Both the position numbers and the translations under genes were made by a program. The notes below the pieces were generated by a model that ran no database searches, was not told where the DNA came from, and saw nothing but the letters and a program-made list of their open reading frames with translations. Shown piece by piece: positions 1-8,833 of a stretch of DNA of 64,000 nucleotides; within the stretch, counting starts at the first letter, position 1; each line of letters opens with the position of its first letter. This DNA comes from an uncultured virus (IMG/VR IMGVR_UViG_3300042391_000450) (taxonomy: Duplodnaviria; Heunggongvirae; Uroviricota; Caudoviricetes). The stretch lies in IMG/VR virus record IMGVR_UViG_3300042391_000450; one strand, 5' to 3'.

Positions 1-242
1 AACAAGTTATCTAACGCAGTAAGTCTTTCTACGCTTAAAAATGGTAAGAATAGTGCAATAGTAAAAAACACCATAGAACCCATAGCTACCCAAGCCATTT
101 GTCTTAACTGATCTTCTTTTCTGTCTTTGTTTTCTAATTCTGCTAAACGTTCTGCTTTAGCAATTTCTTCATCGGAAACTATTCCGTCGCCGTCAGCATC
201 ATATTGGTTATATTCTGAATTGTCTTGTAATTTTTTTACCAT
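1..242 (-). CDS. Small membrane protein with EF-hand-like loop (runs off window start)
   Basis: Manually translated from ATG at 242: MVKKLQDNSEYNQYDADGDGIVSDEEIAKAERLAELENKDRKEDQLRQMAWVAMGSMVFFTIALFLPFL...; DxDGDGxVxxxE loop then a hydrophobic helix. Not in the ORF track. Confidence 0.7.
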   Translation of the reverse strand, partial: MVKKLQDNSEYNQYDADGDGIVSDEEIAKAERLAELENKDRKEDQLRQMAWVAMGSMVFFTIALFLPFLSVERLTALDNL

Positions 243-247
243 GTTTA

Positions 248-2197
248 TTATCTCCCGTATTGTAATGACATTAGTTCTTGGTGTCTTTGATCCTGCGCAC
301 CAAATATTTGATTGGAACTAGATACTGCTGGTACACGGTTGTTTGTATACATGCCTCTATCTAAATACCAATTACTCTGATCAACAAGCATTCCGCCATA
401 CTGATCAAATCCTTGTTTATATCCTATTAACTGTAATGCTATTGCTTGAGACTCTGGATCCATAGATCCTATTCTTATCTCTGCTTGACTTTCTATCTCT
501 TCTGTACTCATAGTTTCTATCGTATTTTCTACTTTGGCTGTTTGTACTTGTTCGTCTTGTGTAGGCGGCTTAATTTCAAATCTACTAAAATCAGGAACTG
601 GAGTATTCAGTATTTCTGTTATTGTTCCTCCCAATGCTAATACTTGTTGCATAGAATTATTATTGAATGTAGAAGTAGCAGTGGTTACAACATCCAAACT
701 AACTTCACTCATCAATGTTATATCATCAAAACTGTCATTTGTTGTTTCTTCATTATTATTTGTTTCTTCTTGTGCTACAATATTTCCTACACTTGTTTCT
801 TCTTCCTCACTAACTTGTTCGGTAGCAGCAACTACTGTTTCTGTATTATTTTCTTGTACCGTGTTATCGGAAAGAAGTGTTTCAATATTTGTTTCACTGA
901 CGTTACTCGAAGGTGAAACAGCAATAATTGTTTCTAGTTCTTCTTCTATATTATCGTCAACAATCAGCGTGTCATCAACTGTGGTTTCTATATCTTCTAC
1001 TTGCTTTTCATCTTGATCTGCAATTTCTGCAATCAATGAATCAGAGCTAACGCTTTGTTCTGTTAATTGTGTAACTTCAACTCTTATAATATTTTCTTGT
1101 TTAACCGGTTCGGCAATATCATCTGTTTTAATGATTGAAATATTTGTTGAGGTAATAGTTTCAACAATCTGGTTTTCCATAATTGTATTACTATCATACT
1201 GACTTAAAGAATCAATAGATTCATCGTCTGTGTTGTTAAGTATTCCAATTAATTTCAACAACGACAATACCGACTCCCCGTCTGATAAGTCCTCATCTAA
1301 AAATTCTTCATCCGCTATTAAGTCCTCATCTAACAGTTCTTCATCATCTAAAAATTCTTCATCTGCTATGAATTCATCTTCAAAGAATTCCTCTTCTAAG
1401 TCTTCGTATAGTTCTTCTTCACTATATTCATCATACATCTCATCTTCAAAAACTTCATCTAAATTCATATCAATTTCTGACATAAAATTTTCCAAGTATC
1501 CAGGGCAATCTATACTTGATAATGGATCACCATTACATTGTAATTCTAATAATGCTTCTTGAAATCCAGCACAAGAAGTTGATGACAGTGGATCTTCATA
1601 ACAAGGATCTATCCCATAATTCAATCTAAAATTAATGTTCCTTACTTCGGGCCCATAAAATCCTGCCCAACCATTTGTGTCTCTACCTACAAATCCAACT
1701 TTCACCTCATCCAAATCATTTATTTGATACGGGTTTGTAAAAGTTTCTGAATAATTGAAGTTTGTCCAATTGAATCTATAATTTAAATCATAGTTGTAGG
1801 ATTCTACTAAACTATTATTGTTATAAAACTTTGCATACGCTGTTAAGTAATCAAGTTGCCCGTTATCCCAACCATTACCATTCTTAGCAATAAAGTTAAA
1901 GCTAAACCCGTTAACAATAATGCCACTACCAGCAGCACTCAATGCTTGTGCTATATCAACGGGTTGATAAATGTCAGTTAAGCCATACGAAAAATTAATC
2001 AAACTGGGATTATTAAACGCACCTACAGCAGGCAATGGTCCACAGTATCCAGGACCACCAGGAGACCAGCACGTAAGTTGTTCTCCTACTGATCCAGCGT
2101 TTACCCAACCAGTATAGTCAATTAAGTTTGGTGTGTAATCTTGACTGTGAGCCATAGAAGAAACGACTAACAACACAAGTAATAAAAACTGCTTCAT
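248..2197 (-). CDS. Secreted acidic protein, 649 aa
   Basis: Signal peptide (MKQFLLLVLLVVSSMAHS), beta-rich N domain, Cys motifs (DPCYEDPLSSTSC; CNGDPLSSIDCPGY), long D/E-rich linker. Confidence 0.75.
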   Translation of the reverse strand: MKQFLLLVLLVVSSMAHSQDYTPNLIDYTGWVNAGSVGEQLTCWSPGGPGYCGPLPAVGAFNNPSLINFSYGLTDIYQPVDIAQALSAAGSGIIVNGFSFNFIAKNGNGWDNGQLDYLTAYAKFYNNNSLVESYNYDLNYRFNWTNFNYSETFTNPYQINDLDEVKVGFVGRDTNGWAGFYGPEVRNINFRLNYGIDPCYEDPLSSTSCAGFQEALLELQCNGDPLSSIDCPGYLENFMSEIDMNLDEVFEDEMYDEYSEEELYEDLEEEFFEDEFIADEEFLDDEELLDEDLIADEEFLDEDLSDGESVLSLLKLIGILNNTDDESIDSLSQYDSNTIMENQIVETITSTNISIIKTDDIAEPVKQENIIRVEVTQLTEQSVSSDSLIAEIADQDEKQVEDIETTVDDTLIVDDNIEEELETIIAVSPSSNVSETNIETLLSDNTVQENNTETVVAATEQVSEEEETSVGNIVAQEETNNNEETTNDSFDDITLMSEVSLDVVTTATSTFNNNSMQQVLALGGTITEILNTPVPDFSRFEIKPPTQDEQVQTAKVENTIETMSTEEIESQAEIRIGSMDPESQAIALQLIGYKQGFDQYGGMLVDQSNWYLDRGMYTNNRVPAVSSSNQIFGAQDQRHQELMSLQYGR

Positions 2198-3468
2198 CTA
2201 CTTCTCGGCATATTGGGAGTACTGGCTACATCACGATCTCGTCTTTCATTGTATCCAGGCACTTCTTCTCTGTTCAGTTCCCAAGATATAGAAGCATCGG
2301 ATCCAATCTTACCTTCATAAGGGCAAGGAGTTCCTGCCATTTTCATAGCAGTCCATACTCGTTCGTCTTGGCACATTAGTGATACAGCAGCAACACGCAT
2401 ACCCATATCGTAAAGAGTTTTGCTTAGTTTTATTCGTTCACAATTTTCATCTGTAATGCTTTTACCAGTAGATAAACCAAATATTTGTGTTTGTACTGCT
2501 CCACTGATGCCTGTTGTACACAAGTCTTGTGAGTAACTGCTACCGATACTAGGTGCTATCGCACTAGGAGGCGGTGAGTTAATTTCTTGTTCAATACGCT
2601 GAGTGCTTTCGTTTCTTGTTACGTTTTCATTATAGTTGTTGTTGGTGTTATCTGATACAGTTAAGTTTTGATTTGTGTTGGTATTTGTGTTTACACTTGT
2701 TTGGTTTATATTATTGTCGCTTGTGCTTACACTTTGATTGACATTTAAATTTTCATTAACGCTATTGCTAGTGTTAACATTATTAGAGTTACTAGTGACC
2801 ACACTACTGTTATTATTTGTGTTTACATTGGTGCTTGTATTAACGTTATTATTATTATTGGTAGCAGTGCTAGTATTAACGTTATTGTTGGTATTAACGG
2901 ATGTGCTTGTATTAATATTAGTATTTAAATTTGTATTATCACTGACGCTAACGTTGTTATTATTGTTCGTGTTAACCGATGTGCTTGTGTTTATATTATT
3001 ATTGGTAGCAGTGCTAGTACTGGTGTTTATATTGTTATTGGTGTTTGCACTTACACTATTGTTTGTATTGTTATTAGTATTTACAGATGTATTTGTGTTT
3101 ACGTTGGTGCTTGTATTAACGTTATTATTATTATTGGTAGCGGTGCTGGTGTTTATATTAGTATTCAAGTTGGTACTGTCACTCGTGCTAACATTATTAT
3201 TATTGTTTGTTGCAGTACTGGTACTAGTGTTTATATTAGTATTCAGATTGGTACTGTCACTAGTACTTACATTATTATTATTGTTTGTAGCAGTACTGGT
3301 GTTTACATTGGTATTGGTATTATCACTAGTAATAACATTGTTATTGGTGTTATTGGTTGTGGTTGTAGTTGCGTTAGTAGTATTTATGGTCGTAGTATCC
3401 TGTCCAAATACAGGCATACTAAAAACACAGAATACTATGGCACTTGTTATTATTTTTAGTGTGCTCAT
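2194..3468 (-). CDS. Secreted Asn/Thr/Ser-repeat protein with Cys-containing C-terminal domain
   Basis: Signal peptide; about 260 aa of TSTATNNNNNV/NTNIN-type repeats; globular C-terminus (PPPSAIAP...DENCERIKL...GTPCP); GGAG SD; ACTAAATA late promoter at 3520-3527 (-). Confidence 0.8.
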   Translation of the reverse strand: MSTLKIITSAIVFCVFSMPVFGQDTTTINTTNATTTTTNNTNNNVITSDNTNTNVNTSTATNNNNNVSTSDSTNLNTNINTSTSTATNNNNNVSTSDSTNLNTNINTSTATNNNNNVNTSTNVNTNTSVNTNNNTNNSVSANTNNNINTSTSTATNNNINTSTSVNTNNNNNVSVSDNTNLNTNINTSTSVNTNNNVNTSTATNNNNNVNTSTNVNTNNNSSVVTSNSNNVNTSNSVNENLNVNQSVSTSDNNINQTSVNTNTNTNQNLTVSDNTNNNYNENVTRNESTQRIEQEINSPPPSAIAPSIGSSYSQDLCTTGISGAVQTQIFGLSTGKSITDENCERIKLSKTLYDMGMRVAAVSLMCQDERVWTAMKMAGTPCPYEGKIGSDASISWELNREEVPGYNERRDRDVASTPNMPRSR

Positions 3469-3574
3469 TTTATTCTCCGGCTATATCTTAAAGACTAGCT
3501 ATTGTTATTATTGTAGTAATATTTAGTGTTTACCCGAAATTACAAAATATGTATATATTACGATGAGTTATATG

Positions 3575-3634
3575 TAAGTTGTTGATTTTATTAGTTAAAT
3601 TAAGGCTTGACATTTTATTCAAATCGTATATACT
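3575..3634 (+). promoter_or_regulatory. Early sigma70 promoter with upstream IHF-like box
   Basis: TAAGTTGTTGATT 3575-3587; TTGACA 3607-3612, N16, TATACT 3629-3634. Confidence 0.7.
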
Positions 3635-3668
3635 AGCACTATATATAGACAACAAAGAGGTGATTAAA

Positions 3669-3866
3669 ATGCGTAACGATTTTGTACATGGTGTTATGAT
3701 TAGTGCAGTAGTAACAGGCTTGTTTCTTGCTGTAATTTTTGATGTTAGTAACATGCCAATGCACGGAGAAATTAAAACTGCTCTTGAGACTTGCAAAGCA
3801 GATTTGCCAAGAAATCAAGAATGTGAAATTGTAATTACTGCTCAAGTAGTAACAGAAATAGAGTAA
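3669..3866 (+). CDS. Small membrane protein
   Basis: GAGGTG SD before ATG 3669 (start revised from 3579); N-terminal TM helix, two Cys. Confidence 0.7.
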   Translation: MRNDFVHGVMISAVVTGLFLAVIFDVSNMPMHGEIKTALETCKADLPRNQECEIVITAQVVTEIE

Positions 3867-3867
3867 C

Positions 3868-4419
3868 ATGAAAACTTATATAACTTCAGATTTACATTTT
3901 GGACACAAGTCCATAGCAACTTTTTGTCCGAAAACTCGCGGGCATTGGGATACGCGCAACGACCCTGACACTATGAATCGTGACATGATCCAAATGTGGA
4001 ATCAGACTGTAAACCCTGAAGATATCGTATACATTCTAGGTGACGTAGCATTTTGCTCGGCTGCTGAAGCTGTACAGATCATGCGTCAACTAAACGGTAC
4101 CAAGATACTGGTTGAGGGCAACCACGATAGGAAAAACCTGCGTGATCCTGTTTTCCGAGCATGTTTCAAAGAAGTTCACAAGTATCATGATATCGTCTAT
4201 CAGGATACTATGGTAGTAATGTTTCACTATCCTATCGCCGAATGGGATCAGATGCATCGTGGCTCGGTCCACTTTCATGGTCACTTACACGGTAATGTGT
4301 CTGGTATGGAACAGTATCGCTGCCGAGACATGGGCTTTGATGCTACTGGCAAGATCGTGACGCTGATGGAAGACGCTATCACTGCCGCTAAACTGGGTCA
4401 AATTAAAGGTCATCATTAA
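3868..4419 (+). CDS. Calcineurin-like metallophosphoesterase
   Basis: SDLHFGH, LGD, GNHD, FHYP, HGHLH motifs. Confidence 0.9.
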   Translation: MKTYITSDLHFGHKSIATFCPKTRGHWDTRNDPDTMNRDMIQMWNQTVNPEDIVYILGDVAFCSAAEAVQIMRQLNGTKILVEGNHDRKNLRDPVFRACFKEVHKYHDIVYQDTMVVMFHYPIAEWDQMHRGSVHFHGHLHGNVSGMEQYRCRDMGFDATGKIVTLMEDAITAAKLGQIKGHH

Positions 4420-4426
4420 CCTCAAT

Positions 4427-4521
4427 AAAATCAATAACTTAGCTGGTTCGGTAAGTTATTGATTTTGTTCATATTTTATTTTTAACAAAAGGTTTGACAT
4501 TCTTGCCCAATCTGTTATAAT
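4427..4521 (+). promoter_or_regulatory. Inverted pair of IHF-like boxes plus early promoter
   Basis: Perfect 15-bp inverted repeat AAAATCAATAACTTA (4427-4441) / TAAGTTATTGATTTT (4452-4466); TTGACA 4494-4499, N16, TG-T-TATAAT 4516-4521. Confidence 0.85.
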
Positions 4522-4558
4522 AGTTATATAAATTGATTAAAGAACATTTCGGAGTTGA

Positions 4559-5128
4559 ATGATGAATATCGTAGAACGCGCAAGAGTTTTCGCTACTGCT
4601 GCTCATGCCGCTGTTGGTCAGAAACGCAAGTACACAGGTGAGGACTATATAGTTCACCCCACTGAAGTAGCTGGGATCGTGCGTGATGCTGGCGGCACTG
4701 ATGCTCAAATTGCCGCTGCATATCTGCATGATGTAGTAGAAGATACTGGGGTGACTATTGAGCAGATTGAAAGAGAGTTTGGCACAGAGATAACAGAACT
4801 GGTTAGCTACCTGACAGATGTTAGCAAGCCCTCAGATGGCAATCGCAAGGTGCGTAAAACTATTGATCGCAAGCACACTGCTAAAGCACCTGCTGCTGCT
4901 AAAACTGTTAAGCTGGCTGACCTGATCAGCAACACGCAAAGCATTGTCAAATATGATATGAACTTTGCTGAAACTTATCTGGAAGAAAAGATGGAACTGC
5001 TGAGTGTCCTACAACATGGCGGCGACCCTGTACTGTGGAAGCAAGCACATACCCTGTGTAAAGAAGGTAAGCGAATCGTACAAGAACATCGTGTTCAACA
5101 AGCCCTGGAAAAGATGGAGAACGTATAA
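4559..5128 (+). CDS. HD-domain hydrolase, (p)ppGpp hydrolase-like (SAH/Mesh1 type)
   Basis: AH..QKRK.TGE.YIVHP, AAYLHDVVEDT, VKLAD.ISN motifs. Confidence 0.88.
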   Translation: MMNIVERARVFATAAHAAVGQKRKYTGEDYIVHPTEVAGIVRDAGGTDAQIAAAYLHDVVEDTGVTIEQIEREFGTEITELVSYLTDVSKPSDGNRKVRKTIDRKHTAKAPAAAKTVKLADLISNTQSIVKYDMNFAETYLEEKMELLSVLQHGGDPVLWKQAHTLCKEGKRIVQEHRVQQALEKMENV

Positions 5129-5340
5129 TGGGTAATACAGTTAAGCCAACTCAAGAACATATCCAGCGGGCAAGAAATGGCATAATGATTCAGTACAATG
5201 CTATGTTTGATGCTGAGACTCGGAACAAAATGGCTGAACTGGGCATTGATAAGTTTATTGACTACCAGGCAGAGCGTATCGCACACGAACAGGCATACAC
5301 AATGTTCTACGCTAGCTGTTTGCATCCTAAAAGTGAATAA
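5128..5340 (+). CDS. Hypothetical protein
   Basis: TAATG overlap with upstream stop, GGAG SD. Confidence 0.7.
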   Translation: MGNTVKPTQEHIQRARNGIMIQYNAMFDAETRNKMAELGIDKFIDYQAERIAHEQAYTMFYASCLHPKSE

Positions 5341-5377
5341 GAGGACAAAAGGCTAAGATTCTTTTTCGTAAGAAGGC

Positions 5378-5405
5378 TTGACTTTATACCCAAATACTGT
5401 ATAAT
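5378..5405 (+). promoter_or_regulatory. Early sigma70 promoter
   Basis: TTGACT 5378-5383, N16, TATAAT 5400-5405. Confidence 0.85.
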
Positions 5406-5431
5406 AGCTTTATAGTAAACAAACAGGAACA

Positions 5432-5863
5432 ATGATGAAAAATCTTATTTTGGTTCGCGGCATCCCCGGCTCGGGTAAGACTACCCTTGCTAGAAACTTG
5501 TGCAATCTGCTAGACAACGTAATGGCAAGACACTACGAAGCCGATATGTACTTTGAGGATGCTCAGGGTAACTACAACTTTGATGCCGAGCGACTGGTCT
5601 TAGCACATGGTTGGTGTTTACGTAAAACTCGTGAAGCTTTGGAAGAGAATCGCACTGTAATAGTAAGCAATACTTTTACTACTAAGCGCGAACTGAAGCC
5701 TTACTTCAACCTTGCAAAAGAGTTTTTTATTGTGCCAGTTGTATACTTGGCTCAGAATCAGTTTCCTAATGTGCATAATGTACCTGCTGAAAAGCTGGAG
5801 CAGATGCGCAACCGTTTTCAGTATGATATTCAGGAACTTTTCGAGGCAAACAATGAATGCTAA
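5432..5863 (+). CDS. P-loop kinase (AAA_33 / polynucleotide kinase-like)
   Basis: RGIPGSGKTT Walker A, EAD, VIVSNTF, H.VP...L..M..RF. Confidence 0.85.
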   Translation: MMKNLILVRGIPGSGKTTLARNLCNLLDNVMARHYEADMYFEDAQGNYNFDAERLVLAHGWCLRKTREALEENRTVIVSNTFTTKRELKPYFNLAKEFFIVPVVYLAQNQFPNVHNVPAEKLEQMRNRFQYDIQELFEANNEC

Positions 5864-6086
5864 TTTTACTATCCTGTCCAACTCATCTGAAGTAATCGTT
5901 CTTAGGGATCTAGGTCCCTGGGATACTTACAAAACGATTACTAATGATGCTGAAGCCGTAGTCAAGTATTTGTTTAAGTCAGGCCAAGCAACCGGGACAA
6001 AACAGATTGTATACTTTGACAGTGACGGCGAAAATACCAAGTTGAATCATGATGGCATAGGTAACTTTACTGGGTTCAGTAGCTAA
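5853..6086 (+). CDS. Hypothetical protein, 77 aa
   Basis: GAGG SD before ATG 5853 (start revised from 5712); DLG...TITNDAE.VV...Y.DSDG. Confidence 0.7.
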   Translation: MNANFTILSNSSEVIVLRDLGPWDTYKTITNDAEAVVKYLFKSGQATGTKQIVYFDSDGENTKLNHDGIGNFTGFSS

Positions 6087-6153
6087 GTTATTGATTCTTA
6101 AAGAAATCTATTTTTATCAAAAGGCTTGACTTCTTACCCAAATCTGCTATAAT
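6084..6153 (+). promoter_or_regulatory. IHF-like box plus early promoter
   Basis: TAAGTTATTGATT 6084-6096; TTGACT 6126-6131, N16, TG-C-TATAAT 6148-6153. Confidence 0.88.
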
Positions 6154-6187
6154 AGTTATATAAATTGATGAAACGGGAGATAAAAAG

Positions 6188-6343
6188 ATGTCAGACGATC
6201 AAGTAGTATTATGTTCACGATGCCAACAAGGAGAAGCCCAGTCTCCGCACACTTGCCCTTACGCAGAAGAAATAGCCGACGACCGTGAAACTCTGTGTAC
6301 TTGTTGCCAGGAATGTGAAACTCAATGCTGTCAGGATATATAA
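6188..6343 (+). CDS. Small Cys-rich (metal-binding) protein, 51 aa
   Basis: GGGAG SD; MSDDQVVLCSRCQQGEAQSPHTCPYAEEIADDRETLCTCCQECETQCCQDI (9 Cys); below ORF-track cutoff. Confidence 0.75.
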   Translation: MSDDQVVLCSRCQQGEAQSPHTCPYAEEIADDRETLCTCCQECETQCCQDI

Positions 6344-6344
6344 A

Positions 6345-7262
6345 ATGGGTCGGTTAGAACTGAAAGCTTTTGTAGAACAGAATCCAGACTTAGTAACTAT
6401 GCGCGAGTCCACGCGCTATCCTGGCTTGTTTGTATTAAAGTACAAGCGGCGGGTATTCTTTGACGCACTTTGGAACGAGTATCTGGAAGAGTGCCGAGGC
6501 ACCGTAATTGATCGTGACTTCAACGTGATCGTGCGGCCATTCACAAAAATCTATAACCACGGTATTGAAGATCGTGCTCCTGTGTTCCAGCCCAACGATG
6601 TAGTTTTGGCTTATGATAAAGTCAACGGCTTCATGGCATCAGTGACTACTTATAAGGACGAGTTGCTAGTATCTACTACTGGTTCACTGGACTCTGACTT
6701 TGCTGTAATGGCAGAACGGATGATTTTAGATACGGCTGATGTGTTTGTGATAAAGCATTTTTGTCAGAACGGCAAAGTGACATTGCTGTTTGAAGTAGTG
6801 CATCCGTCAGATCCACATATCATTCCTGAACAAGCAGGATTGTATTACCTGGGATATCGTATCAACGACTGGTACTCTGATATGCGTCATATGGCATACG
6901 AAACAATTGCATGTGATCTGATCAGAAAGGCACGATGGATGAAGGTTAATCCTGTACCCAGCTATATGGTAACTACTGTAGCTGAATTGGAAAAGTCTAT
7001 GTTGACTTCACGTAGAGAAGGTGTGGTGTTTTATCATATGGACGGTCGTGCTGCAAAGATCAAGACAAAGTACTATTTGGCACAAAAGTTTGTAGCTCGT
7101 AACCCTCGCACTGATAAGCTGTTGACACAGGCAGCATATGAGATTTTAGACGAGGAATACTATCCTTTGCTTAACGAGATTCGTGCTAAAATTGACGAAT
7201 TCACTACACTGGATGAACAAGCGCGATTGGCATGGTGCCGTAACTTTTTGGAGAATATGTAA
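6345..7262 (+). CDS. RNA ligase (T4 Rnl1-like)
   Basis: ECRG, PF.KI.N, motif I DKVNG, FEVV, motif IV EGVV, motif V KIKT..Y; start revised to ATG 6345. Confidence 0.85.
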   Translation: MGRLELKAFVEQNPDLVTMRESTRYPGLFVLKYKRRVFFDALWNEYLEECRGTVIDRDFNVIVRPFTKIYNHGIEDRAPVFQPNDVVLAYDKVNGFMASVTTYKDELLVSTTGSLDSDFAVMAERMILDTADVFVIKHFCQNGKVTLLFEVVHPSDPHIIPEQAGLYYLGYRINDWYSDMRHMAYETIACDLIRKARWMKVNPVPSYMVTTVAELEKSMLTSRREGVVFYHMDGRAAKIKTKYYLAQKFVARNPRTDKLLTQAAYEILDEEYYPLLNEIRAKIDEFTTLDEQARLAWCRNFLENM

Positions 7263-7576
7263 TGAAATTTACAATTGAAATAGACTGCGAACCAGCGGCT
7301 GATGTGTTAAGTGAATACTTCGGCACTACACTACCAGAAGAGTATCTGGTTTCTATAATCAAAAAGTCAGGCATACTGATTGGTGAGTTGGCTGATGGTA
7401 GCATTAGGGACACTGCTGCTCGTGACTATCTGATTAATCATTTGGTTGAAAGTTTGGGCGGTGACAGACGAGAATGGCCAATGTACAGTACACCGCAAGC
7501 TGAAGCAACTGCTTTTTATGAATGGTTCGCGGCGGCAATAGTTGGCGTGGGCGGAACATTTGATACAGGTGCTTGA
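7262..7576 (+). CDS. Hypothetical protein
   Basis: TAATG coupling, GGAG SD. Confidence 0.7.
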   Translation: MKFTIEIDCEPAADVLSEYFGTTLPEEYLVSIIKKSGILIGELADGSIRDTAARDYLINHLVESLGGDRREWPMYSTPQAEATAFYEWFAAAIVGVGGTFDTGA

Positions 7577-7606
7577 TTTTTCAAGCGTTTTATTTATATA
7601 AAAGGC

Positions 7607-7634
7607 TTGACTTCTTGCCCATTTCTGCTATAAT
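7607..7634 (+). promoter_or_regulatory. Early sigma70 promoter
   Basis: TTGACT 7607-7612, N16, TG-C-TATAAT 7629-7634; degenerate box CAGGTGCTTGATT 7566-7578. Confidence 0.85.
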
Positions 7635-7668
7635 AGTATTATAAAGTTGATTAACGGAGAGATAAGAC

Positions 7669-7956
7669 ATGACTAAGCTTTTCGCTGAAATGAATGATCA
7701 AGAGCGTAACGAAGTTCGTATGTATGGCTGCTCAGTATCCGATATGCGCGAAACTGTAGAACGTGAAATATTCAGTGGCATCTCATCTTTTCACCGAGAT
7801 GCTGCTATGATTGCTATGAGCATTATGTCAGACTGTCAGGCAATGCTGAACAGTGATAACGGCGGCACATACGATCTTATGACTGTGGAAGATGTTCGCC
7901 AAGCACTAAATCGTGCTAAGTGGATTCTGTCAACTTATGTAAAGGACCCAGTATGA
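7669..7956 (+). CDS. Hypothetical protein
   Basis: GGAG SD downstream of promoter. Confidence 0.75.
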   Translation: MTKLFAEMNDQERNEVRMYGCSVSDMRETVEREIFSGISSFHRDAAMIAMSIMSDCQAMLNSDNGGTYDLMTVEDVRQALNRAKWILSTYVKDPV

Positions 7957-8096
7957 CAATTGAAGAACAAATTGCGGAAGCTATTCGTCTTACAGAAGAA
8001 AGCAATCTCCGTATTGAAAAACTTGAGATAGTGGCTCAACAGTTAATAGACCATATATCGTTATTAACTAAAACTACACATACACACTGCCGATGA
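7953..8096 (+). CDS. Hypothetical coiled-coil protein, 47 aa
   Basis: ATGA overlaps at both ends; MTIEEQIAEAIRLTEESNLRIEKLE... Confidence 0.6.
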   Translation: MTIEEQIAEAIRLTEESNLRIEKLEIVAQQLIDHISLLTKTTHTHCR

Positions 8097-8287
8097 TGAT
8101 GAAAATTAAAAGATCATGGCGATGGTATTTGGTGTTTATTCCCATGTTACTTATTGCGATAAGTGTTTGTGTGTTGTTTGTCATTCGCCAACTTTTAGAA
8201 TTAGTTTGGAATTGTACCGCTTGGATAGAAAAAATGATACATAAATATTTAGGCGACCCTCTTAACAAATTTTCAGAAAAAGATTAA
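8093..8287 (+). CDS. Small membrane protein
   Basis: Basic N-terminus plus TM helix; coupled to upstream ORF. Confidence 0.6.
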   Translation: MMMKIKRSWRWYLVFIPMLLIAISVCVLFVIRQLLELVWNCTAWIEKMIHKYLGDPLNKFSEKD

Positions 8288-8289
8288 TA

Positions 8290-8598
8290 ATGGAAATATC
8301 AGCAAGACGACAATGTGAAAGCAACAACTCAGTTAAACACTGGGAGTGGATGTTTCCTGCCGATGTGACTTTATATACCACAGAAATGCCTAAAATTAAC
8401 ACGATGGAAAAGTATGGATTGCATCTTGGCTACAAGTTTGAAACTTGCATCTTTTGTAAAGATGGTAGCGATGTGTTAGAGCGTTACGACACTTGGGAAG
8501 AAGCAATCGCGGGACATATGAAGCATACTAAAGATAATAATCTCAGGTTCATAGGTGAAGTTTTTATACCTGAAATGGGGAGGACTTCAATACCATGA
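8290..8598 (+). CDS. Hypothetical protein
   Basis: FET.IF...RY.TWEEA..GH motif; operon context. Confidence 0.7.
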   Translation: MEISARRQCESNNSVKHWEWMFPADVTLYTTEMPKINTMEKYGLHLGYKFETCIFCKDGSDVLERYDTWEEAIAGHMKHTKDNNLRFIGEVFIPEMGRTSIP

Positions 8599-8641
8599 AT
8601 GATTGTGAAGAATGGGAAATTTTAACTGATATGGTAGGTGT

Positions 8642-8833
8642 ATGATGAATATTGATTATAAAGAGTTGGTTGATGGTGCTATTGACGAAATAGACGCTGC
8701 TTTATTTAGTGGTGACACGTTTCACGATGAAGAAGCAATTGAAGACTTTAGACGCATGATGGAACGTTGGGAAAGACGATTGGTGGAAATTAAATCTATT
8801 CTGGACGAGATTCTGGACAAGGAGCAAGCATGA
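8642..8833 (+). CDS. Hypothetical acidic protein
   Basis: AGGTG SD, operon context. Confidence 0.7.
   Translation: MMNIDYKELVDGAIDEIDAALFSGDTFHDEEAIEDFRRMMERWERRLVEIKSILDEILDKEQA

Noticed and set aside
127..1562. Ser-rich plus-strand ORFs (127, 446, 534, 644, 1230)
   Set aside because: Antisense shadows of the acidic minus-strand genes
2738..3526. 262-aa Leu/Val-rich plus-strand ORF resembling a membrane protein
   Set aside because: Antisense shadow of the Asn/Thr repeat gene (AAT/AAC/ACT codons read backwards); no SD or promoter
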